From contig JANQTF010000300.1 of assembly GCA_030731845.1 (NCBI GenBank), forward strand, positions 8,471 to 72,470: a DNA stretch of 64,000 nucleotides. Direction: 5' to 3'. Made by a program: the position numbers and the translations under genes. The stretch comes from Bacteroidia bacterium (lineage in GTDB: Bacteria; Bacteroidota; Bacteroidia; J057). Below, in pieces: positions 53,460 to 61,802 of this stretch; positions within the stretch are counted from its first letter, which is position 1, and each line of letters begins with the position of its first letter. The notes under the pieces were generated by a model. It saw only the letters and a program-made list of their open reading frames with translations. It did no database searches and had not been told where the DNA came from.

Positions 53460-55418
53460 ATGCACGCATTCCTCAGACCCCTTCTTTCTTTCCTGATCCT
53501 GACAAGTTCTTTTCTCGCAATGGCCCAAGACAAGCCCAAGGATTACGGAATCAGCTCAAAAAAAGCACTCGAATTTTATCTGGAGGGGCAGCAGCAATCG
53601 CAGTGGCGGGCCTACCGCGAGGCCGCCAAGGCCTACGAAGAAGCGATCAACATTGAGCCTGAGTTTGCACAAGCGCATCTTCAACTCGGGATTACGGCTT
53701 TTTTGCTCGATAAGTCAGATGTTGCCGTGACCTATCTCACCAAAGCGCGCGAATTGCGCCCGGAGGAGTATCCGGCATTGGAATACTACCTCGGCCTCGC
53801 CGAATTTGACCAGGAACACTATGCCGAGGCCGCTGCTGCATTTGCCACCTATCTCGATCAAAAGTCGGGCAGAAAGGTGGATATAGAAAAGGCTCAAAGC
53901 CTCCTCAAGCATTCGCTTTTTGCCGCCGAGGCGATCCAGCATCCGGTAGATTTTGAACCCGAAAACCTCGGCCCCGCCATCAACACCCAGTATCACGAAT
54001 ACCTGCCCTATCTCACCGCCGACAACGGCATGTTGCTCTTTACCAGCCGCCGGCCAGAGAGCATCGGCGGATATCAGGCCATGCTCCGCGATTTTTCTGA
54101 AGATTTTTTCTATTCCGTGCCAGGAGAAAATGGCGAATGGCTCCCTGCCGAAAACCTGGGCACGCCCATCAACTCTGCCGAAAACGAAGGCGCAGCGGCT
54201 ATGAGTCAGGATGGCCGGGTGATCATTTTCACGGCTTGCAACCTGCCCGGAGGCGTTGGCAACTGCGATTTGTATGCCTCCTTTCGGCAAGACAAAGGCT
54301 GGTCAGAGCCACAAAACCTCGGGCCACAGGTGAACAGCGAAGGCTGGGATTCGCAGCCATGCCTCTCTCATGATGGCAAAACCCTCTACTTCTCCTCCGC
54401 CCGCCCAAACGGACAAGGCGCGCGCGACCTCTGGTACAGCACCTGGGATGGCCAAAAATGGGGCCCCGCCAAAAATCTCGGAGGGCCTGTCAATTCGCCC
54501 GGCAACGAAGATTCTCCTTTCCTCCACGCCGATGGGCTCACGCTCTATTTTTCCTCCGATTACCATCCCGGCTTCGGCTCTCAGGACCTTTTTGTGAGCT
54601 ATCGGCAGGAAGGTGGCGCCTGGAGCGACCCAATCAACCTTGGCTATCCGCTCAACACCTCGGCCGATGAGAGCAATATCTTCGTAGCGACCAATGGCCG
54701 CGAGGGCTATATCAACTCCGACCGCGACGGTGGGCTCGGGGGCAGCGATCTATACCGCTTTGTGATGCCAGAGGAAGTCAGACCCGAAATTTCCACCTTC
54801 CTGCGTGGGGTGGTCAAGGACAGCGTCACAAAAGCGCCTGTATTTGCCGCCATTGAGGTGATCGACATCGAAACCAATGATACCCTTCGCAATGTCAGGT
54901 CAGGAAAAAGTGATGGCAAATTTCTCATGAGCCTGCCCGGTGGCCGCGACTATATTGCCTATGTGCAGGCGCCCAACTACCTTTTCACCAGCCAAAAATT
55001 CTCGCTCAAAACCTTGCAGGAGGAAACCTATTTCGATCTGACCATCCTGATGAAGCCCCTGGAAAGCGGCATGCAGATCGTGTTGCCCAATATTTTCTAT
55101 GAAACGGGGAGTTGGCAGCTTACCGCGGGCTCTGGTCCCGAACTCCGCACCATGGCCCAGTTTCTCACGCGAAACCCGAGGATTTCCATTGAAATACAGG
55201 GACACACCGACGATGTGGGCAGCGACCGCGACAACCTGAGCCTGAGTCAAAAGAGAGCGGAATCTGTGAAAAATGCCCTGATTGAATTGGGGATTGATCC
55301 CGGAAGATTACAGGCCAAAGGGTATGGAGAGACAACCCCTGTTGCCGACAACGGCACCGAAGCCGGCAGAGCATCCAACCGCCGCACCGAGATGAAAATC
55401 ACCGATGCTGGACGATAG
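53460..55418 (+). CDS. TPR + TolB-like (PD40/WD40-like) beta-propeller + OmpA-domain protein
   Basis: Signal peptide MHAFLRPLLSFLILTSSFLAMAQ and N-terminal TPRs. Repeated PINS..NEG.P..S.DG..LYF units form the propeller. The C-terminal IEIQGHTDDVGS...NLSLSQKRAESV...NRRTEMKI is the OmpA domain. Confidence 0.85.
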   Translation: MHAFLRPLLSFLILTSSFLAMAQDKPKDYGISSKKALEFYLEGQQQSQWRAYREAAKAYEEAINIEPEFAQAHLQLGITAFLLDKSDVAVTYLTKARELRPEEYPALEYYLGLAEFDQEHYAEAAAAFATYLDQKSGRKVDIEKAQSLLKHSLFAAEAIQHPVDFEPENLGPAINTQYHEYLPYLTADNGMLLFTSRRPESIGGYQAMLRDFSEDFFYSVPGENGEWLPAENLGTPINSAENEGAAAMSQDGRVIIFTACNLPGGVGNCDLYASFRQDKGWSEPQNLGPQVNSEGWDSQPCLSHDGKTLYFSSARPNGQGARDLWYSTWDGQKWGPAKNLGGPVNSPGNEDSPFLHADGLTLYFSSDYHPGFGSQDLFVSYRQEGGAWSDPINLGYPLNTSADESNIFVATNGREGYINSDRDGGLGGSDLYRFVMPEEVRPEISTFLRGVVKDSVTKAPVFAAIEVIDIETNDTLRNVRSGKSDGKFLMSLPGGRDYIAYVQAPNYLFTSQKFSLKTLQEETYFDLTILMKPLESGMQIVLPNIFYETGSWQLTAGSGPELRTMAQFLTRNPRISIEIQGHTDDVGSDRDNLSLSQKRAESVKNALIELGIDPGRLQAKGYGETTPVADNGTEAGRASNRRTEMKITDAGR

Positions 55419-55432
55419 CTCGATGGTCGCAA

Positions 55433-55900
55433 CTATCCATTTTCCCAGGACCGGAGCAGCATGAGCGCCTCGCTGATGTGTGGACCGATCTGTAGCTGAG
55501 AAGCAAAATGGTACCGCACGATGCCATCCTTATCAATAAGGAAGGTTTCTCGCCCGGGCAGAAGGCCAAACAAGGATTTCTTTACCCCATAGGAATCGGC
55601 AGCCTTGCTATTTGGATCGGAGAGCAGATGAAAAGGCAACCTTCGACTGCTGGCAAACTGCTGATGAGACTTGATAGAATCAGCACTCACACCGATCACC
55701 TCAGCTCCAGCAGCCACAAAGTCTTCATAGCTATCCCGAAATCCACAGGCTTCCTTGGTGCAGCCGGGGGTTTCGTCTTTGGGGTAGAAATACAAGACAA
55801 CGTGCTTTTTGCCGATAAAATCGGTGATATTCACGATTTCTCCATCCTGATTAGGAAGGGAAAAGTGAGGGGCTGCTGTTCCAATTTGGGGGCGATTCAT
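55433..55900 (-). CDS. bcp: Thioredoxin-dependent peroxiredoxin (Bcp type)
   Basis: APHFSLPNQDGEIVNITDFIGKKHVVLYFYPKDETPGCTKEAC contains the PxxxTxxC peroxidatic motif. Start at MNRPQIG (cat 55898-55900). Confidence 0.85.
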   Translation of the reverse strand: MNRPQIGTAAPHFSLPNQDGEIVNITDFIGKKHVVLYFYPKDETPGCTKEACGFRDSYEDFVAAGAEVIGVSADSIKSHQQFASSRRLPFHLLSDPNSKAADSYGVKKSLFGLLPGRETFLIDKDGIVRYHFASQLQIGPHISEALMLLRSWENG

Positions 55901-56107
55901 GTGCTGACAAAATTGATTGGTTGTTGAAATAAACAATAATTTTAACTGAGGGTGCGTAAAGCATAGGTGTTTTTTGTCCAATCTGCGGCTTTCCTCGTCT
56001 CGAAAACATCAACGCAACATTGATTTCATGATGGATAATCATTTATCACCGCGATTTGTTGGGCTTTTTAATGTATTTTTCATTTACGAATCCAAAACCC
56101 AATCTGC

Positions 56108-56926
56108 ATGTTTCAATCATTACGAAGTATATTCTCTCTGGCCGTCATCCTAATGGCTGGATTTTCGCTTTCAGCGCAGGTTTGCACCCCTGACGTCCAA
56201 TATGTGGAAGTAGGCCTGTATCCCGACTCCTTGCCAAATGGCACGATCGGCTTTGCCTACGAGCAAGTGATCCATGTGGTGATCCCGCAGGACACGAATG
56301 TCACCCTTGCCCCGTTTGGCGTGTTGCAAGTGGACCTATGTAGCCTCAAGCTCGACTCTATTCCCAACCTGCCAGCTGGCATGACCTATGAATGCAACAC
56401 TGCCGACTGCACCTGGGAGATTGATCATACTGCGGGGGTGATCAATCGCGCTTGTGTCACCCTCACGGGCACGCCCACCGAAGCGGTATCGCCAGACGAT
56501 AGCATCGTGGTGTATGCCTCCGTGACACCGGGAGCCTTCAATGCCACAAGCGGCAATTGTGATCCACTCACCATTGCCCTGCCCAGCAATCTTACCACCA
56601 TTGTGTACAAAACGGCCCTCAAGCTCGAAGATGCCAATACGGCGATTCGCAAAGGACTCATTACCCTTGGTCTGACTGTGTCTCCCAATCCAAGTCATGG
56701 CGAAAGCGCTGTCATCCGCTATAGCCTCCCACAGCCTGACGCCGTGTCTATTCGCCTGATCAACTCGCAAGGACAGGTTCTCAACAGTCTGGCAATGGGA
56801 TATCAGCAAGCCGGACCACAGGAAGTCGCTCTGCCGCAGCAAGATTTGCCAGCAGGGGTGTACTTCCTAGAAGTGAGCACTCAATCTGGGCAGATCCGCC
56901 AGACAAGCACCTGGATCAGGCAGTAA
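56108..56926 (+). CDS. T9SS-secreted protein (Por C-terminal sorting domain), unknown N-domain
   Basis: Signal peptide present. C-terminal LTVSPNPSHGESAVIRYSLPQPDAVSIRLINSQGQVL...GVYFLEVSTQSGQIRQ. Confidence 0.7.
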   Translation: MFQSLRSIFSLAVILMAGFSLSAQVCTPDVQYVEVGLYPDSLPNGTIGFAYEQVIHVVIPQDTNVTLAPFGVLQVDLCSLKLDSIPNLPAGMTYECNTADCTWEIDHTAGVINRACVTLTGTPTEAVSPDDSIVVYASVTPGAFNATSGNCDPLTIALPSNLTTIVYKTALKLEDANTAIRKGLITLGLTVSPNPSHGESAVIRYSLPQPDAVSIRLINSQGQVLNSLAMGYQQAGPQEVALPQQDLPAGVYFLEVSTQSGQIRQTSTWIRQ

Positions 56927-57011
56927 TTACTCTGCCGCCTACAAAGACCTTGACACCCGGCGACAGTACCTGTCGCTGGGTTTTTTGCCCCTCCTCTCCC
57001 ATCGATCTACT

Positions 57012-59372
57012 ATGACTCGCCTTCCTCTGCTTTTCGCCCTTGTGCTACTAGGGCTATTGCTGCCTGCTCAGGCGCAACATACGCTCACTGGAAAGATCAC
57101 AGATCTTTCTTCTGGAGAACCGCTCGTAGGTGCCGCCATTGCCATTCCCGCCCTCAACATTGGCACATTTTCTCAGGAAGATGGAAGCTACTCTCTCTCC
57201 TTCGAATCCAGTCCTAGCCTCTCCGTCCGGGTCAGTTTTTCCGGATACATCGCACAAACCCAAGATATCAATGTTGAAGGAACCACGACCTCGCTTGATA
57301 TAGCCTTGAGCTCGGGTGAATTCACCACCAATGACGTGGTGATCACCGCCACCAAAGGCTTTGGGCAGCGCCAAGCTGATGTGACGGTGTCCATCTCTGT
57401 GGTGAAGCCACAGAGCATTGACCTGCAAGCCACGCCCAACATCAGCCGGGTGATCAACCAGATTCCTGGGGTGGACAATCAAGACGGGCAGATCAACATT
57501 CGGGGAAGCTCGGGCTATGCCTATGGCGTAGGGAGCCGTGTGATGGTGACCCTCGACGGGTTGCCCCTGCTCACAGGCGACGCAGGCACAGCAGCCCTCG
57601 ACCTCATTCCTGTGGACAACATTGCTCAGGTAGAAGTGATGAAAGGAGCCAGCTCAGTTTTGTATGGCTCAGCTGCGCTAGGTGGCGTGATCAACGTGAT
57701 CACCGCCGACCCGGGCGCAACGCCCAAAACCAGAATCCGGACCCGTGCCGGATTTTATGGCACCCCCAGCAACAAGGCCATCGACTGGGATGGCGACAAA
57801 AACGCGTGGTTTGCCTCCACCCATATTTTCCACTCCCGTCAAATCGGTGCGCTCGACCTTACCCTTCAAACCGATTTCATCAAAGATCAGGGATATCGGC
57901 AAGGGACAGATACCGAGCGCTTTCGCGGCCTCATCATGACCAAGTATCACCCCAAAAACATCCCCGGCCTTACCTTCGGGGTCAATGTGAGCGGACGGGT
58001 GGATTCCAGCGGGGCGATGCTCTACTGGCGCAGCTATTTTCCTGATACCACAGAGGTAAATGGAGAAACGGTGGTCTCGGGCGGCGCGCTCACCCCGACC
58101 CAAGATGCGGGCGGCTATCGCAGGCAGATCAGCTCCTACCTTGCCGTGGACCCCGTGATCAAATATCTCGCGCCCAATGGCAACTTGTTCTGGTATCGCG
58201 GGCGGGTGCTACGCAACACCAACAGGAACAACTCCGGCCAATCAAACACCAACTACATTTCCTACAACGACTTTCTGTTTCAGCGCACCCTCGCCAAGCG
58301 GATCAATTGGGTCACGGGCGCTACTTATTCCTTTGCCGTGGCAAATGGAGACAGCATTTATGGGGGGCGACACCCCGGCACCTCCCTTGGGGTATATACC
58401 CAACTCGACGGCAAGTTTGGCAAATTGACCACAAGCCTCGGCTTTCGTTATGAAACGGTGAAGATCGATACGCTTGATCGGGAATCGCGGCCCGTGATGC
58501 GCGCCGGCCTCAATTATGAGCTATGGCCCGGAGCCAACCTAAGAAGCTCATTTGGGCAAGCCTTTCGCGTGCCTACCGTGGCAGAGCGCTACGCCAACAC
58601 AGCGGGCGGTGGTATCATCATTCAGCCCAATCCCGAGATTCGATCAGAATCTGGCTACTCGCTCGAAGCTGGCTTCCGACAGGGATATCAGTTTGGAAAC
58701 ACCAAAAACAAAGGCGCAGGCTATCTTGACATCGCCATTTTTCAGATGGACTATAACGACATGGTGGAGTTTGGCGCAACAGGATTCACAGCTGCGGGCG
58801 GCACATTTTCGTCGGTAAATGTGTCTCGTGCACGCATCAACGGGGTGGAGATCACCACGCTCAATACTTTCAACTTTGGCAAATGGATGCTGAATGTCTC
58901 AGGTGGAATCACGCTTCTTGACCCGATGAACCTCAACGCGGCTGATTCTGCCAATCAGATCAATCTGGAGCAATACGAATATCCACGGCAGTTGATCTCT
59001 GCGATTATCGACCTCACCAACCCGAACTTGTCAGACCAACCCTCTACGCTAAAATATCGCCCTAGGCAATTGTTTCGGGCAAGCAGCTCGGTGGGCTATG
59101 GCCGCTTTGGCATCACGGGTAATGTGCGCTACCGCAGCTTCATCGAGACGATCGACCAATATTTATTTTTGGTGGTGGATGACCTCTCTACCTTTCGCCA
59201 AAAACACCCCAACGGCGAGTGGACCCTCGACCTGATTGCTTCCTACAACCTCAATGAAAACAGTCAGCTTTCCCTCACGGTGGACAATGTCACCAACACC
59301 GAATACCTCGTGGTGCCCGGCTATCTCGCTGCGCAGCGGAGCTTTACGTTGCAGTATCTGATCAAGTTTTAG
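57012..59372 (+). CDS. TonB-dependent outer-membrane receptor
   Basis: Signal peptide. LTGKITDLSSGEPLVGAAIAI is CarboxypepD_reg-like. Plug motifs are NISRVINQIPGV, IRGSSGY and VTLDGLPL. The C-terminal residue is F. Confidence 0.9.
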   Translation: MTRLPLLFALVLLGLLLPAQAQHTLTGKITDLSSGEPLVGAAIAIPALNIGTFSQEDGSYSLSFESSPSLSVRVSFSGYIAQTQDINVEGTTTSLDIALSSGEFTTNDVVITATKGFGQRQADVTVSISVVKPQSIDLQATPNISRVINQIPGVDNQDGQINIRGSSGYAYGVGSRVMVTLDGLPLLTGDAGTAALDLIPVDNIAQVEVMKGASSVLYGSAALGGVINVITADPGATPKTRIRTRAGFYGTPSNKAIDWDGDKNAWFASTHIFHSRQIGALDLTLQTDFIKDQGYRQGTDTERFRGLIMTKYHPKNIPGLTFGVNVSGRVDSSGAMLYWRSYFPDTTEVNGETVVSGGALTPTQDAGGYRRQISSYLAVDPVIKYLAPNGNLFWYRGRVLRNTNRNNSGQSNTNYISYNDFLFQRTLAKRINWVTGATYSFAVANGDSIYGGRHPGTSLGVYTQLDGKFGKLTTSLGFRYETVKIDTLDRESRPVMRAGLNYELWPGANLRSSFGQAFRVPTVAERYANTAGGGIIIQPNPEIRSESGYSLEAGFRQGYQFGNTKNKGAGYLDIAIFQMDYNDMVEFGATGFTAAGGTFSSVNVSRARINGVEITTLNTFNFGKWMLNVSGGITLLDPMNLNAADSANQINLEQYEYPRQLISAIIDLTNPNLSDQPSTLKYRPRQLFRASSSVGYGRFGITGNVRYRSFIETIDQYLFLVVDDLSTFRQKHPNGEWTLDLIASYNLNENSQLSLTVDNVTNTEYLVVPGYLAAQRSFTLQYLIKF

Positions 59373-59591
59373 GAAATGGGGGTTCCCAACTCTCACAAGA
59401 GTCATTCCTGCATAGAGGAATGACTCTTTTCTTTTGCGAAACAGGGGACATACGGATAGAAGAAAGGATGAACGATACTGGGCTGGCTTCATTCCTCCAA
59501 ATCCTCTGCTTCACATTTGTGCATTTCTGCCCCTAAGCCTGTACCTTTGCTGCCTGATTCACCGATATTCTCCTTTTATCCCTTTCCTTAT

Positions 59592-60542
59592 ATGCAGGCG
59601 ATCACAGAAACCCACTTTTCCTTTGCCGGGCAGCGCGACATCTACCGTGGCAAAGTGCGCGACGTGTACAACATCTCTGAGAAGTATCTCGTGATTGTGG
59701 CTTCAGATCGCATCTCGGCTTTCGACTATATTTTGCCCAGGCCGATTCCTTTTAAAGGGCAGGTGCTGAATCAGGTGTCAAAGTATTTTTTTGATGCGGT
59801 GAAGGACAAAGTGCCTACGCACGTGGTGTCCACGCCCGACCCAAGTGTGACCATCGGATTGAAGTGCAAACCGATTCCGATTGAGGTAGTGGTGCGCGGC
59901 TACCTTTCTGGCCACGCGTGGCGCACCTATCATTCTGGTCTGCGGGAGCTGTGTGGAGTGACTTTGCCCGAAGGACTGAAGGAAGCCGACAAATTGCCCG
60001 AGCCGATCATCACGCCTGCGACCAAATCGAGCATTGGGCACGATGAAGATATTTCTGAGCGTGAAATCCTCAAGTCTGGTATTCTGGATGCTACGGAATG
60101 GGGCCAAATCAAGCACTACGCCCTCACTTTGTACCAAATCGGTACCGAAATGGCCGCCAAGCAGGGCCTGATCCTTGTGGATACCAAGTATGAATTTGGC
60201 ATCTACGACGATGATATCTACCTCATCGACGAGGTGCACACGCCCGATAGTTCTCGCTATTTCTACTCGGAGGGATATGAGGAGCGCCAAGCCAAAGGCG
60301 AGCATCAAAAGCATCTTTCGAAAGAATTTGTGCGCGAGTGGCTCATGGAAAACGGATTCCAGGGCCTCGACGGGCAGACGATGCCCGAGATGTCAGATGA
60401 ATTTGTGCAGCAGGTGAGCCATCGCTACATCGAACTGTATGAGCAGCTCACCGGGCAGACCTTTGTGCCCGCTGATACGAGCGACATTATGAACCGGATC
60501 GACAAGAATGTGAGCGCAGCGCTGGAAGAATTGTTGGGATAG
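59592..60542 (+). CDS. purC: Phosphoribosylaminoimidazole-succinocarboxamide (SAICAR) synthase, long form
   Basis: YRGKVRDVY...LVIVASDRISAFD...LILVDTKYEFG. Start at ATG 59592. Confidence 0.9.
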   Translation: MQAITETHFSFAGQRDIYRGKVRDVYNISEKYLVIVASDRISAFDYILPRPIPFKGQVLNQVSKYFFDAVKDKVPTHVVSTPDPSVTIGLKCKPIPIEVVVRGYLSGHAWRTYHSGLRELCGVTLPEGLKEADKLPEPIITPATKSSIGHDEDISEREILKSGILDATEWGQIKHYALTLYQIGTEMAAKQGLILVDTKYEFGIYDDDIYLIDEVHTPDSSRYFYSEGYEERQAKGEHQKHLSKEFVREWLMENGFQGLDGQTMPEMSDEFVQQVSHRYIELYEQLTGQTFVPADTSDIMNRIDKNVSAALEELLG

Positions 60543-60658
60543 CGCGTTGGGCAAAGTCAGAACATACCGCCTGGGAGGATCATTCGTGGAATATCTATGG
60601 CATGAAGGCGAGACCGCATAAGCAGCCTCGCCATTCATGGCCTGAATCACCCTAAAAG

Positions 60659-61540
60659 TTATGCGATTTTCTCTTCCTTTTTGACGTGAAGCATGTGCCA
60701 GGGCTCAAGCTCAGGGTAGTTGAGGGTGAGGATCGGAATCTCGAGGTGATTCACGAGAGATTCGGTCAAGCTACCTGTGAAGATCCTTTTAACGAGGCTT
60801 TTGCCGAAATGAGCCACCGTGACCAAATCAGCATTTAGTTTGTTGGCAAGGCTGCTAATCCCCATTTCAATGTTGTAGTCTCCCACCTCATGAATGAAAC
60901 AGGGCAATGCCCAACACTGCTCTTCAAATGCTTCCATTTTCTTGCGCACTTCCCGGGTTTCTCCAAAAGAAGGAGAAGTGGCAATGCTGACCAAATGAAT
61001 ATGTGAGCCGAAGTGGCGGCCAAATTGTATGAGTTGCTGAAACGGAATATTAGCTTCTTCGCTGAAGTCAGAGGCGAAGATGATGTTTTTGAATTCATCT
61101 TTAACGAGGGGATGCTTCACGACCATGACAGGCCTTTGGGCATGGCGCACGATCTTTTGGGCATTTGAGCCAAAGAGGTATTCTTTCATTCCGTCTGCTC
61201 CACTGCTGCCCATGACGATGAGATAGATGTCTTCTGATTCGATGTAACGAGACACCACATCGATAAGATCGCCATGGGAGTAAGAGGTGACGATGCGCAC
61301 CGGGACGCCACGATATCGCTCCCGGAGCTCCTGAAATTGTTTCCGTGTTTCCTGGATTCTGGCAAATGACTCAGGGAAATCCATCTTCTCCTTTTCGGAA
61401 AGCTGATCCCAAAGGGGGTGAACGTGAACACGTGTGTAGAAATGAACCTCAGCGCTCGTCTTTCTTGCGATCGAAATAGCTGCGTCGGCTGCGTAGAGGG
61501 CGCAGTCAGAGAAATCAGTAGGAACCAGTATCTTTTTCAT
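60659..61540 (-). CDS. Universal stress protein, tandem UspA domains
   Basis: MKKILVPTDFSDCALYAADAAI... and a second repeat IIFASDFSEE...; also GSSGADGMKEYLFGSNAQKIVRHAQRPVMVV. Confidence 0.85.
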   Translation of the reverse strand: MKKILVPTDFSDCALYAADAAISIARKTSAEVHFYTRVHVHPLWDQLSEKEKMDFPESFARIQETRKQFQELRERYRGVPVRIVTSYSHGDLIDVVSRYIESEDIYLIVMGSSGADGMKEYLFGSNAQKIVRHAQRPVMVVKHPLVKDEFKNIIFASDFSEEANIPFQQLIQFGRHFGSHIHLVSIATSPSFGETREVRKKMEAFEEQCWALPCFIHEVGDYNIEMGISSLANKLNADLVTVAHFGKSLVKRIFTGSLTESLVNHLEIPILTLNYPELEPWHMLHVKKEEKIA

Positions 61541-61802
61541 CGGATCTTCAATTGATATGGAGGCAAGTTTGGAATCTTGAGTTTCAAATAAGATGATATG
61601 GGTTCTGATGCAGAATGACTTTTATCAGGCAAGGCAGCTTGACCACTGTGTTGAATATTCGTGTAGGTTTTTTGAAGGTTCGTAATAGGGCAGGGCAGCT
61701 AATCCGGGATTTCTCCCGTATATAAATCGAGATATCTTACAAACAGGGTTTTTAGGTAAAAAATGACTGCTCATCGACACGAAAAATCGATGAAGTGCGT
61801 GT